A DNA stretch of 63,724 nucleotides, filler included, from Octopus bimaculoides (GCF_001194135.2; 5 parts of 5 records of this genome joined end to end with filler, not necessarily neighbours in it); one strand, 5' to 3'. Positions 40,405 through 52,990 are shown, counted from the first letter of the whole stretch. The notes: generated by a model from the sequence alone, not told the origin. Numbers and translations: made by a program.

Positions 40405-41292
40405 ATTTACCCTGTCGTCTTGGCTGTCATTGAACTGAAGAAGATTAGCTGCATTGAGTTATGTGAACTGGAGAGGGAAACAGAAAATATTTCACCATAG
40501 ATATGGCAGAGGCATCTAAGAAGAACATGAAAGGAGCCGAGAACAAAGAATATAACGGAGCGATTATATTAGGAAAATGGCGGCTGCATGTTTTATGATG
40601 TTAAAATTGCACTCAGTTTAGTACGATAGAACGAAAGAAGACGAAAAACGTGTTACAGTTTGACTTAAAAGAACCTCGCCTTTCCTTGTAGCATCAACAA
40701 ACCCGGGAGAGAACCGGTGTGTGGAGTGGTAGATGAGCAATATTTCGGTATATTTCGGTATATTTCGGACATTTGCTATACGAGAAGCTCGTATAGCAAA
40801 TGTCCAGGTGAAAGAAGCGAGTGGGAGGGAAAATTGAGTTTATGTATTTGTAGACATCACCATTTGGAATGGAGTTTGAGGAGAGCGTATCGCCTGGCCA
40901 TTAGAAAATGATCGTAGTTTGGAGTTCAGAAATTTGTGCCCCAGAGAGAAATGCAATGCGTAATTTGTAAGAGGTGACACATGAGATTTAAGGTAAATTG
41001 ATGACAAGGGATGTTCGAGAAGAGGAGAAAAAATGACCAGAGAATTTTGTTCTTTGTTTTGACATCTTAGGGAAGTGTAAAGGGTGGTGTCGAGTAGTTA
41101 AGAGTCGGTAAACCCTGCCCGAACTCCGTCTGAATGCTTGTATAACAGAGCAAACATCACAACGGACACTCATCGGTTAAATGGTGATGGTAAAACGGCT
41201 GTTGCTATGTGTGTGTGTTACCAAGTCATAGAGAACTAATGCGCCATATTTAACAGGAATGCGTCAGAGTCGTAGCAGTACAAGTTGTGGCA

Positions 41293-41357
<65 letters not shown>

Positions 41358-41581
41358 CAAACGAACAAACACGACTGAAAACAATAACTCCGCCGTCGCT
41401 AATGCGGAGACAATAATACTAATTTTTCTCTATCAGATGACTTTGTAAATGAACAATCTGGTATGTATATTTTAATGGCCCACCAATGTAATGAGTACTT
41501 TTATCTGCGCTAGGTGTCAGGAAGACACTCGGCAAGAAATAGAAATGGTATTGAAAGAAGATGATAATGAAAATAATAATA

Positions 41582-42455
41582 ATAAGAGCACTCAGAGAGC
41601 GCAAATCTCCGTCAAGGCAGCACCAACGTCCTCTTAGCGATTAGCCAGAGATGATTTTTAAAATGAGAATATCTGAAATAATCTCGACTAGTCGCACAAG
41701 CGACAATACTAAAATGAAACCGACCACTCTCAAAAATGAAGTAAAAAAATACAGGAAAAATAATCCAGAATCCTTGTCCGGTACGGGGTCGATCCCAAAA
41801 TCTAAGTAGTTCGTGCCAATCATGAGGCCAAACATTCCTGAATGTTTCCTCTGAATCCATCCAGCGGTTCTTGAGTTATCTTGTCCGTGGCGATGTGGTA
41901 AGTAGCTTGATTACCAACCACATGATCTCGGGTTCATTCCCACTGCGTGGCACCTCGGGCAAGTTTCTTCTACTATAGTCTCGGGCCGACCAAAGCATAT
42001 ATGCGACGGGCTTCTTTCAGTTTCCGTCTACCAAATCCACTCACAAGGCTTTGGTCGACGGAAACNNNNNNNNNNNNNNNNNNNNNNNNNNNNNNNNNNN
42101 NNNNNNNNNNNNNNNNNNNNNNNNNNNNNNNNNNNNNNNNNNNNNNNNNNNNNNNNNNNNNNNNNNNNNNNNNNNNNNNNNNNNNNNNNNNNNNNNNNNN
42201 NNNNNNNNNNNNNNNNNNNNNNNNNNNNNNNNNNNNNNNNNNNNNNNNNNNNNNNNNNNNNNNNNNNNNNNNNNNNNNNNNNNNNNNNNNNNNNNNNNNN
42301 NNNNNNNNNNNNNNNNNNNNNNNNNNNNNNNNNNNNNNNNNNNNNNNNNNNNNNNNNNNNNNNNNNNNNNNNNNNNNNNNNNNNNNNNNNNNNNNNNNNN
42401 NNNNNNNNNNNNNNNNNNNNNNNNNNNNNNNNNNNNNNNNNNNNNNNNNNNNNNN

Positions 42456-42500
<45 letters not shown>

Positions 42501-42783
42501 ATATGTTTGTGTGTCTATGTTTGTCCCTTGTCCCCCCAACATCGCTTGACAACCGATGCTGGTGTGTTCACGTCCCCGTAGCTTAGCGGTTCGGCAAAAG
42601 AGACCGATAGAATAAGTACTAGGCTTACAAAGAATAAGTCCTGGGGTCGATTTGCTCCACTAAAGGCGGTGCTCCAGCATGGCCGCAGTCAAATGATGAA
42701 ACAAGTAAAAGAGTAAGGACAAACAAACAAACAAACAAACGCAACTGAAAAAATACCTCTACCTTCGCCAAGGCGGAGGTAAT
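41582..42783 (+). mobile_element. Helentron-associated/DINE-1-like non-autonomous element interrupted by a SINE
   Basis: 5' sub-terminal ctccgtcaaggc, (ACAA)n, 3' hairpin accttcgcc-aa-ggcggaggt at 42761-42780. Confidence 0.55.
41887..42716 (+). mobile_element. Family A SINE, near full length (gapped microsatellite)
   Basis: Complete head, body and tail. Confidence 0.9.
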
Positions 42784-42846
42784 AACTCCAAACAACAGTA
42801 AAAGAAGAATTAAAAGAAAGACGAGGAGGCGAAGAAGAAAGAACAA

Positions 42847-42917
<71 letters not shown>

Positions 42918-44429
42918 ATAGTAGTAGCAGCAGCAGAGAAAGAAGACGGAGAAGGATGGGGAGGAAAACTAGAGAAAATAGAAGACGCGGAAGAAAGAAG
43001 GAGAAGAAAAAAGAAGGAGGAGGAGGAGGAGGAGGAGAAAAAGAAGAAGAATGAATGAAATTCTGCTATTAGTTTAGCAAGTGAAAGAGATAATAGAATG
43101 ATCGCGGAGGAGAGAGTACAATGAGTCATTAGTTAACAGAGGTCACAACACTAGTTTTGAATTCCAAGTTGTTGTTGTTGCTGTTGTTGTTGTTGTTGTT
43201 CTAGTTGCTGCTTTTGTTGTTGTTGTTGATTCAGTTATTTTAGTTGTTCGTTCGTAGGATGCTGTATTTTACATTAAACAATATGTAATTACTCGAACAC
43301 CGAAAATAATAACAAAATTGTATAAACCATTCTATTCTATTCCATTATATTTAAAAGAGGAAAAAAAAAAAAGACATAAAGATATTTTGTGCGAATGATG
43401 AAAAATAAAAACACTGCCTACACACACACACACACACANNNNNNNNNNNNNNNNNNNNNNNNNNNNNNNNNNNNNNNNNNNNNNNNNNNNNNNNNNNNNN
43501 NNNNNNNNNNNNNNNNNNNNNNNNNNNNNNNNNNNNNNNNNNNNNNNNNNNNNNNNNNNNNNNNNNNNNNNNNNNNNNNNNNNNNNNNNNNNNNNNNNNN
43601 NNNNNNNNNNNNNNNNNNNNNNNNNNNNNNNNNNNNNNNNNNNNNNNNNNNNNNNNNNNNNNNNNNNNNNNNNNNNNNNNNNNNNNNNNNNNNNNNNNNN
43701 NNNNNNNNNNNNNNNNNNNNNNNNNNNNNNNNNNNNNNNNNNNNNNNNNNNNNNNNNNNNNNNNNNNNNNNNNNNNNNNNNNNNNNNNNNNNNNNNNNNN
43801 NNNNNNNNNNNNNNNNNNNNNNNNNNNNNNNNNNNNNNNNNNNNNNNNNNNNNNNNNNNNNNNNNNNNNNNNNNNNNNNNNNNNNNNNNNNNNNNNNNNN
43901 NNNNNNNNNNNNNNNNNNNNNNNNNNNNNNNNNNNNNNNNNNNNNNNNNNNNNNNNNNNNNNNNNNNNNNNNNNNNNNNNNNNNNNNNNNNNNNNNNNNN
44001 NNNNNNNNNNNNNNNNNNNNNNNNNNNNNNNNNNNNNNNNNNNNNNNNNNNNNNNNNNNNNNNNNNNNNNNTGTGTGTGTGTGTGTGTGTGTGTGTTTAT
44101 AAGGAACGAACACAATAACATCACACTTGTGAACGACTATTTTCTTTTAATAGTTAAACGCTGTTAGTACAGCACCGATGGTTTCATATAAATACAATTC
44201 GTAATTATTCAACAATAGTTTGAATAATTCTAGCAAAACGGAAATTCTTGTTAGAATGAATGCATTGAGGTACCTTAGTAACCGCAAAAAGCTACTAAAA
44301 AACGTATGTATGTATGTATATAAATTATATATATATATATATATGTATACATGTGTATACATATATGTATATATATGTATATGCGCGCACACAGACAGAC
44401 AGACACACACACTCACATTTTTATAAATT

Positions 44430-45120
44430 ATATGAGTAATGGATGCATCTTTTCAGGTGTATATTACTAACTTGGCAATAAAATGCATACGGCTGGACGG
44501 ATGGATCCTTAGAACATTCAGAACGAGAGAACAGGAAACCATGATGGACTTTTGGAGGACATTTGTCCTGAGCCGTTTAGATCACTGCTCCCACCTGTGG
44601 TCACTGCACTGTATAAAATTAACGACGGAACTTGAAACAAGCCAGCGAATCTACATAAAGAACATGGTCGCAATGCGTCACGTCAACTACAAGGAGGAAT
44701 TGAAAAACGAAATACTTTATTCGCTTGAACGAATGTGGAAAAGACACGCAGCGATAAACATTTGGAAAATCTTAGAAGAATTTGTACCAAACCTTGGTAT
44801 AGAAAGTTATACAAAAAACAGAACTGTGTGCCACTGCACAGTGCTGAAAACGCGATATTGTCATCAGGATTCAGGACTAAATACTGAAATAGGTTGGGCT
44901 TAAAAAGCCACAGATCTTCAGTATTATCCCACAAAGTCTGAGAGACCTACATGGGGTGGATGTAGGCATCTTCAAAGCAAAAATGGATCTCCTTCTGTCA
45001 AGAGAGCTCCAGCTGAACTTAGCTCGCGGCAAAAAAACACACAGATGAGGGCAGCAGCCTGAAACATATTCATTCACCAAATGCCACATGTCAGAGAAGG
45101 TTTAGTGAAACTTTAGCCAA
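44430..45120 (+). mobile_element. CR1/L2-group LINE 3' fragment
   Basis: GWILRTFRTR...LSRLDHCSHLWS...LYSLER...IWKILEEFVPN. Confidence 0.8.
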
Positions 45121-46731
45121 GCTAACGGAGGGAGAAGAATATCCGTCCTACCAGCACCCAGCTAGAACGACACATGTAATTCAGTCTTTTGAGCCTTTGC
45201 AAGGGTCTCTACTCGCAGCTATCCTCATTCTCGGGCGTAAATTTTCACTTTCGATGAAGGCTACAAGGAATAACCTATATCGATGTTGCGAAAAGCCGAC
45301 AGGCTGAAGATAAATTCGGTTTACTTAATTGAGGCATTGATAAATTAAAATAAGCAACTGTATACCATACTTAATGAATGTATACACTGTTGATAGGCCT
45401 GTTGCTTCGCTATTTTCCTGAGATGACATCTCCTATGCACGTGCTGTGATGAAAATACATAAATATTGGAGCGAGAAGAAAATACGCCCCAGTAGAAGCC
45501 AACGAGAATGTTGGATACATTTCACCATCTGTATCAATGGAAGTCAAAAACAACTCTTTTATATCTAAAACATAGGAAGGGCAACTTCTACAGCATCTAG
45601 ATGAAAAATCAGCTGCCAGCCCTCTGCATTAGGCCATTATTGAAAATAGATAGAGCTCTGTAAAGGGTAGTTTTCCTGCACGAATCCATGTATTTTATGT
45701 CAAACAAATCCACGATAGTTTTGACAGGTATAACGCTCAAATCAAGTAGCTGATTACAGAGAAAACGATCAGCTTTTCTAACCTTCTAAAATGACAAGAT
45801 TAATGAGCAAAGGTTACAAAGAAGAAACAAATACGCGCAAAGGAGAATAATTAGGGGCAGTTCACACACTGCTTGAAATGCAAGGCAGACGTTTTCGCAA
45901 TTAAATAAATCTGCTGTTGCAATAAAGAATGTTAAAATTGCTCAAATCCATACACGGTTCCATATATAAAGGAACACGCAACTATCATCGACTGTTGAGA
46001 AGAACATTACACTAAACTTTTTATAACGAGGCTTCAAAGTTAGATCTTACAATTGAAATATAATGCCGAAGAGAACATTTTGAACTGAAAGAAACAGAAT
46101 TTATATAAATGGTAACAGGAGAAGTGGGACCTGTAAATCAAAAACGAATTTCATACTTGATAATTTCTTGTAGGGAGGAACTTACTTAAACATCAAGAGG
46201 AGTACGTTCATCAGCTACCCCCACCTCAATAAGTATATTTTATGATTTTAGTCACTATCGTAGCGATAATGCTACCATTTTTGCTTGCAATATTGCACAG
46301 GGCATTGTTATCCCTCCGCTTCTCCAACCCTTCCTAATGTTGCTAAATTTGGCATCATATCTTCATACATCCACACCGCCCCTTTTCATCGCGTTCACAA
46401 TTTGTAATCCCAAATTTCTATGTTATCTGTGCAGACCAATATTTCGAAATTTTCAATTTATTTCTCATTTATTATCAATGAGTATTATTTTATCTTGTAT
46501 TATACATTTTATCAATTTCTCTTAATTAAAAAAAAAACATTTTCAATAATTTTATAGAGTATTTTTATCAATTATTATTTTTATGAATTTTTTTATCAAT
46601 TACTTTTTATGAATATTTTAATTTTTTTCTTTAATATTTTCTCATTTAAAAAAGAAATCATTAATTTGTTATTCCAATAATTTAAAAAATTATTTCATCC
46701 CACCAATTTTAATTTTCGCTTATGCTTTCAG

Positions 46732-46782
46732 TGGATTCTCAATTAACCTTGCCTGACAATTTCTTTTCAACTGTACTTTACT
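46732..46782 (+). CDS. Candidate 51-nt symmetric micro-exon (DSQLTLPDNFFSTVLY)
   Basis: Acceptor ttttcgcttatgctttCAG, donor GTAAGT at 46783; one open frame. Confidence 0.25.
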
Positions 46783-46835
46783 GTAAGTATAAATGTTTTA
46801 ACGTTTAGTAAACGTTTTTCCAGAAAACAATTCGT

Positions 46836-46875
46836 ACTTCCGCCATGTGTAGAGTTGTTGGCGCCATGCGCAGAG
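46836..46875 (-). promoter_or_regulatory. YY1/ETS-like TSS signature
   Basis: Minus strand gcgcATGGCGcc...acATGGCGGAAGta; CpG-rich patch in AT-rich DNA. Confidence 0.3.
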
Positions 46876-47003
46876 ATTGTATGGAATTGAATCAATTCTA
46901 GTCGAATTTTTCTTTGTATTTATGTGGAGCTCGGGGCAACTTGGTTTGATAGTGATTCCAAACTGTAAATTATATATTGCGTATTGACGCCCCCGTTATT
47001 TTA

Positions 47004-47047
<44 letters not shown>

Positions 47048-47404
47048 CATCCATCCATCTATCTATCTATTTATCTATCTATCTGTATGTCTAAATGGGA
47101 ACTTTGGGTTAGTTAAAATGTTTGTCATATGTTTTATCTTCTAAAGGCAAATTCACTGCAGTTACTATGGAGAAAATATTCTCTCTCGTGGTAAAAGATG
47201 TCAAACTCCATATCTGCTCAATGCTTCTCGCTTTCCGATTCTCAGTCAGCTATTTCTGACTCTTTATCCTTCCTCAATGGAAAATAACGAAGAGAGGTAA
47301 ATCTGGTCAGATTCAAAGACGTTTATTTTTGGCCGTCACAAAAAAGAATACTCAGTATATTGATACATATATATACATATGTATATGTAAGTATATATAT
47401 GTGT

Positions 47405-47602
47405 GTGTGTGGTTGTGTGTCTGTGTTCGTTCACCCAACATAGCTTGACAACTGATGCTGGTGTGTTTACGTCTCCGTAACTTAGCGGTTCGGCAAAAAA
47501 CCCAATAGAATAAGTACTAGGCTTACAAAGAATAAGTCTTGGGGTCGATTTACTGGTGCTCCAGCATAGCCGCAGTCAAATGACTGAAACAATTAAAAGA
47601 GT
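47405..47602 (+). mobile_element. Family A SINE 3' half
   Basis: gcttgacaactgatgctggtgtgtttacgtc...gactgaaacaattaaaagag. Confidence 0.85.
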
Positions 47603-47609
47603 ATACATG

Positions 47610-48250
47610 CCCAAGCCAAGTCCCCATTTATTTTAAGAGGGGGGGGACACAACAAGATACGCACCAGGCATTCCATTCATTTCCCAGCTTAAAGAAGCGA
47701 GCCCCGTCCTGTGCTCGGGTCAAGGCATAGAACGCAACCCTCAATATCAGCAGCGGGGCCCGATAGCATATCGAGTTTAGACCCGCCGCATCATGCTGGT
47801 TGCGTTCCCCATTGAGCAACATCAGATATCAGCAGTGGAGCCTGATCGTATATCGAGTTTACCCCCGCTGCATCATGCTGGTTGCATACCCCTTTGAACA
47901 ACATCAAATATCAGCAGCGGGGCCCGATAGCGTATCGGGTTTACCGCCGCCGCATCATGCTGGTTCTGTACTCCTTTGAGAAACATCAAATTCACTCATC
48001 CGTCCGCAAACACTCTCCAAGCTTTCCTATCATTTATAAACTCTCTTGCCTCTCTCACTCCAACACCTCTAACCACCAAAGCTTTCCTCACTCCATCCAT
48101 CCACACAAACCGAGGTCTGCCTTTGGTTCTGCTGCAACGCACTTCTGCCTTCCTCACCCTCCTCACCATCAGCTCCTCATCCATACTCTCCATGTGGTCA
48201 AACCGCCTCGGCATTCTATTTTGGTCGAGTCAGTCCGTTGCTAGTCTGAG
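47610..48250 (-). mobile_element. RTE-clade LINE 3' end with structured 3' UTR
   Basis: RFDHMESMDEELMVRRV..EV...R.KGRPRFVWMDGV...DRKAWR then TGA at 47996-47998. Confidence 0.8.
47730..47989 (-). repeat. Three 82-nt tandem stem-loops with SECIS/K-turn geometry
   Basis: ATGA at 47958, 47876 and 47794; AAA 12 nt later; mini-stem; TGAT partner strand. Confidence 0.7.
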
Positions 48251-48829
48251 CGTCTCAGGCAAACCTCAGAATAACAAGAGAGTGACACAATCAAAATTAA
48301 TTAAACACACACACACAGTTGAAAATTATAGAAAAACAAAAGACAAAGACAGGTGTATAAACAACAGGCTAGAGTATTAGTTTCACGCTCGGGAAAAATC
48401 AAAAGTCTTTTACGTTTCGAGCCTATGCTCTTCAGCGGAAAAGAATAAGAGGAAATAAACAGAGGGAGAATGAAAAAAGCGTGTAGATTTCAGCGGTCTA
48501 GCATGGCTAATATATATATATATATATATTCATAAGAGTAGTACAACAAGGTACCGATATTTACTGGACAATAACAATCGATATAAATACGACGCTATTG
48601 TATAGCTAATATATATATATATATATATTNNNNNNNNNNNNNNNNNNNNNNNNNNNNNNNNNNNNNNNNNNNNTTAATTAATTAANNNNNNNNNNNNNNN
48701 NNNNNNNNNNNNNNNNNNNNNNNNNNNNNTATATATATATATTTACTTATCTATATATATATGTATATAAGTATGTATGTATGTGTGTGTGTGTGTACGT
48801 GCGTACGTACGCGCGCGCGTATTCTTCGT

Positions 48830-49010
48830 CACTGCTTCTCAACTGGTGTTGGTGTGTTTATGACCTCATAACTTAGTGTTTCGGCACAAAAGACCGATCG
48901 AATAGATATCAGGCTTTAAAAAATGAGTTCGAGGGCGGGCGACTCATTCGACTAACAATCCTTCAATTTGAAGCCCCAGTACGGCCACCGTTATTCTGAC
49001 TAAAACAAGG
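48830..49010 (+). mobile_element. Diverged family A-like SINE 3' half
   Basis: tgttggtgtgtttatgacctcataacttagtgtttcggcac..gaccgat. Confidence 0.65.
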
Positions 49011-49018
49011 AAAACATA

Positions 49019-49110
49019 CGTCCGCTGAGGGTCTCGAACCCGCAACCCTCAGATTACCTCTTGGGTTAATTGATAAAAGTCTGATGCTCTACCGACTGGG
49101 CTATGCGTGC
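49019..49110 (-). pseudogene. Intron-containing tRNA-Lys(UUU) pseudogene (copy A)
   Basis: Three acceptor-stem mismatches; diverged 19-nt intron; anticodon TTT retained. Confidence 0.85.
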
Positions 49111-50083
49111 GAACAACTCTTTCTCAAACGATCTATAAAAGAAAGATTGATGAAGCTTTGCAATGAAAATTCATTGATCGTTTATTGTTTATGACGAACT
49201 AAATAGAAAATACACACTATATAATGTTTGACAGTATTTTATGCTCCGCTGATTAATCTCTCCACTTCGATAGGTTAGCTTTTTAACAAAAAAAAAAGTG
49301 TCATTTAGTATGGAGGTAAAGCCGGAGCCCATGAACTCTCACAGGATCTCGGAAATTCGTGAGCGAGAGGAACTGAGGAAAACCGAGCCGGTTTGCAAAG
49401 GAGTGGATACACAATGTATGTGATGGTAATTAAATCGCGTAATGGGCTAAGTCAACCAGCCTTGTTCGACATAGCGCGATTTGAACTCAGAAAAAAGAAA
49501 ACATGCTAACAACAGTTCATGATTTGAATGAATGACGAAATATGCACATGGTAGTTTGTCCTTATCAAGGATCTTTTCTGTTTGGTTGCCAATTTTCAAT
49601 CTCTTCAATTTCTGTTCAAATTAATTTCATATTCGGTGTAATGATATAGTTTTATATGCTAACCAATGCTTTGAAATTCATTTTAACCATTAATCAATAT
49701 AAACAAAGAGTTAATAGCTTTTAGAGTTTCCAAATTTTGCATAATTTTAGCCAATTGTAAGCCACAGACATAGTCATGCATATTTCCATAGTAACAAGCC
49801 AAGCATGAGAACTCTTTTGTCTGCGAGAAAGCACGTGTTGACAAATATATTCTACTCATTGAATCCGGGATTGGAGCCCTGGTATGGGAGTTTCAGGATT
49901 ATGAGTAATGTGGACCACCTCTGAGCTACTATCGTTCCTTGATCTACTCTGACCCGGAGTACTAGCACCTGACAGAGTGGTGGGTTCAAGTACTTCTGCA
50001 GGCGTATATTATAGTTGTAGCGAACAGGTATACTATTCAATAAAGTAAAAAGAATACTCATTAAATGAAGTGAAAAATATATA

Positions 50084-50176
50084 CGCCCAGAGAAGGAATC
50101 GAACCCGCAACACTCAGATAACTTCGAAGGTTGACCTATAAAAATGTTTACGCTCTAACGACTGAGCTATGCAAGA
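50084..50176 (-). pseudogene. Intron-containing tRNA-Lys(UUU) pseudogene (copy B)
   Basis: Acceptor and anticodon stems disrupted; intron nearly intact. Confidence 0.85.
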
Positions 50177-50960
50177 AGACAGCCGAAAAGCTTCTTACAT
50201 CTACAAGGAGCCCACTGATTTAATTCCTTGGTTTGACAGATTAGCTTCAATTTAAAAAAAAAATCTTTTAGTAAAAGGAAAACGGCAGTGCCAATAACCT
50301 GTAACAAGGTCCCCGAAACTCGAGGGTTTGATAGCGGGAGGGAGGAAGGTACTCTCCGATCAAGAGCTGTGTGACAAGCTAACCCTATAATTCAAGTAAG
50401 ATAAAGCAGTATTTGAACTCAAGAATGCCACGAATCGGTACATATAATGCCGCAGAGGATGCTGTCCGACTCTCTAATAACCCTACCATTTCGCACCAAA
50501 GTAGATGAGAGAAAAAAAAATAATAATAAAAGGGAAGAGAAAGAAAAAGAAACAGAAGACACTTTTTAATGGTAGCTTGTCGTTGGCGTACCTACAGAAT
50601 TGTGGCCCCACCCCTCAACGATTTTGTTTTGTTATAATTTTCAGAGAAGTAAGCATTTTTGCATGAAATTTTCTACAAATACCTTTCAGATGGTGTAAAT
50701 TATGATAATATCAAAATTTAATGTGAAATAAAATAAAAACTTATTCAGTTTCATTTTGTCGGCAATATATATATTCCTAAACATGTCAATAAACTAAAAA
50801 CTTATCAACATAACAGGACCAACATAGTTTCTCCATTCAAAAGCACAAACAAGATATACACAATAAAAAAAGAAAATAAACAAATATCGACTCAGTGTAT
50901 AACTTCAGATTATATTATAACAGGTAAACAATTCAATAGCACAAAAAAAAAAAAATCATA

Positions 50961-51052
50961 CACCCACAGAGGGACTCGAACCCGCGACCCGCAGATTACT
51001 TCTAAGGTTGACCTATAAAAATCTGATGCTCTACCGACTGAGCTATGCGGGC
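50961..51052 (-). pseudogene. Intron-containing tRNA-Lys(UUU), copy C (4 changes; possibly pseudogene)
   Basis: C32T, A43C, C68T and C72T versus copy E; long poly-T terminator 5 nt downstream. Confidence 0.75.
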
Positions 51053-52006
51053 AGACACATGATGGTGGAATATATTGTCTATTAAACCAAGAGTGATAAA
51101 AGGTGTTTGTGTATTGTAATGTAATGACAGTTCATTCATACAATCTGTTGTTGATGACAAACTGAAATACAAAATACACATGGCATAAATTACGGTTGTA
51201 TTTCATGCACCACCACCAATTCCTCCACTTAGATATGTTAGCCTTTTTTTAAAGGAAACATCCGTTTGGTAAGAATGTGAAGCAGAGCCGATAACTTCTC
51301 ACATGATCTCCGAGATTCGTGGAAGAGAGGAAATGGGGAAAACCGAAAACGTGACCCGAATTCTAGCAATAGAGTGGGCTCCAGTAAACACCATGCAGAG
51401 TACGTGATGGTGATATTAAGCGGTTAAATTTACCGCATAGCGGGATTTGAATGCAGAGTGCAAACAATCAGAATGTATCCTGCAAAGCATTCTGTCTGAC
51501 GTTCTAATGACATATTTCACAGTGCTACTGAAACAAAATAAATAAGGATCTTTACATTTTTGTCTGTTACTTTTCAATTTCTTCAATTTTTGTTCCAATT
51601 GATTTCATATTTGATGTGTTGATGTAGTTTTGTATGGTAATCATTGACAGGAACTTCCTTTTCGCCATAAATCAATAAATACATATCCTATACATGGGAC
51701 CGGCCTCTCCGTCTCCTTCGTCATCAGAGGAGCCAACCAAACCCCCGAACGTTCATGGTATGTGTGTACTTATATATCTCCATGTATGTATGCATTGCCT
51801 TGGGTATAACTTTGTACTGTACTCGATACAAGAGACTTGGTTCAGGAGATCCCGGTTTACAAGGATTATCACGGATATGAGAAAGAGGGAGGAGTAGACA
51901 CAATGCAACACTTTTTCATTTTAAACAAAGTCACCGCATAAGTCATCAGCCATCTATAAGAATGACTAGATGGTCCTCATCGCTCCAACAGATGACTCTG
52001 ATATAT

Positions 52007-52176
<170 letters not shown>

Positions 52177-52198
52177 TTAGAGAATGTTAGTTGTAGCC

Positions 52199-52419
52199 GG
52201 TACAATCAGTAACCCAGGGTTCCGCGTCCATAAAGCGCTTACCTTTATATACGTCTCGTCAGGCCCTGACGGCCGGTGGCCTCTAGCTTCTCTTCAAGGT
52301 GAGGTTATAGACTACCGGCCATTACAGAGAAGTTATAAGCTACCGTCCATTAGGGTTCACGAGACGTGTGTAAAGCTTTGCGCTTTATTGACGCAAAACC
52401 CTGGGTAACCCTGTGAACC
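52199..52419. mobile_element. Foldback/MITE-like imperfect palindrome
   Basis: taacccagggttccgcgtccataaagcgc versus gcgctttattgacgcaaaaccctgggtaa; partial copies at 54948-54977 and 58520-58676. Confidence 0.65.
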
Positions 52420-52588
52420 TGCCCTAACTAAGATTCTCTGAATAGTTTACTAGTCTATAAGTTAGTGGGCTTCCATTTCGGATTTATGATTTACTGACTA
52501 TATCTCCTCTTCTGTGTGTGTGTGTGTGTGTGTGGTGTATGTAACTGTGAGTGTGTATGCATACATGCATACATACATACATACGTAC

Positions 52589-52668
<80 letters not shown>

Positions 52669-52898
52669 ATATAAAGACGACCACTAGGTGGAGTGTTAAT
52701 GTGCTACACATACATATTCCTAAACACGACAATAAACTAAGATCGACATGAGCTCTCACTCAAAAGAACATAAGCAATATACAAACAATAAGAAAAAAAA
52801 ATCCAATAAACAGACATGAATGAGTCCATCGTAAAACTTCAGACGAAATTATAGCCTCACAGAAGCGATAAATGACTCAATAAAGTAAAGACAGATTA

Positions 52899-52990
52899 CG
52901 CCCGCAGAGGAACTCGAACCCGCGACCCTCAGATTACTTCTAAGGTTGACCTATAAAAGTCTGATGCTCTACCGACTGAGATATGCGGGC
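52899..52990 (-). pseudogene. Intron-containing tRNA-Lys(UUU), copy D (G10T, C61T)
   Basis: Two changes versus copy E, hitting the D-stem/A-box and the B-box; no T4 run close downstream. Confidence 0.75.

Noticed and set aside
40771-40800. Resemblance of the hairpin arm to loxP (tgctatacga)
   Set aside because: Short match, wrong arm/spacer layout; coincidental.
45130-46230. Possible highly decayed Penelope C-terminus
   Set aside because: Only vague motif similarity; cannot be supported.
47743-47989. CRISPR-like or twister-ribozyme reading of the 82-nt repeats
   Set aside because: No unique spacers, no cas genes, eukaryotic LINE context; twister conserved nucleotides not found.
48405-48445. 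Minus-strand CTGAAGA-GCATAGGCTC-GAAACGTA hammerhead-like motif
   Set aside because: Stem I is out of register and stem II overlaps the core; at best a PLE relic (a related flank lies near 11850-11930).
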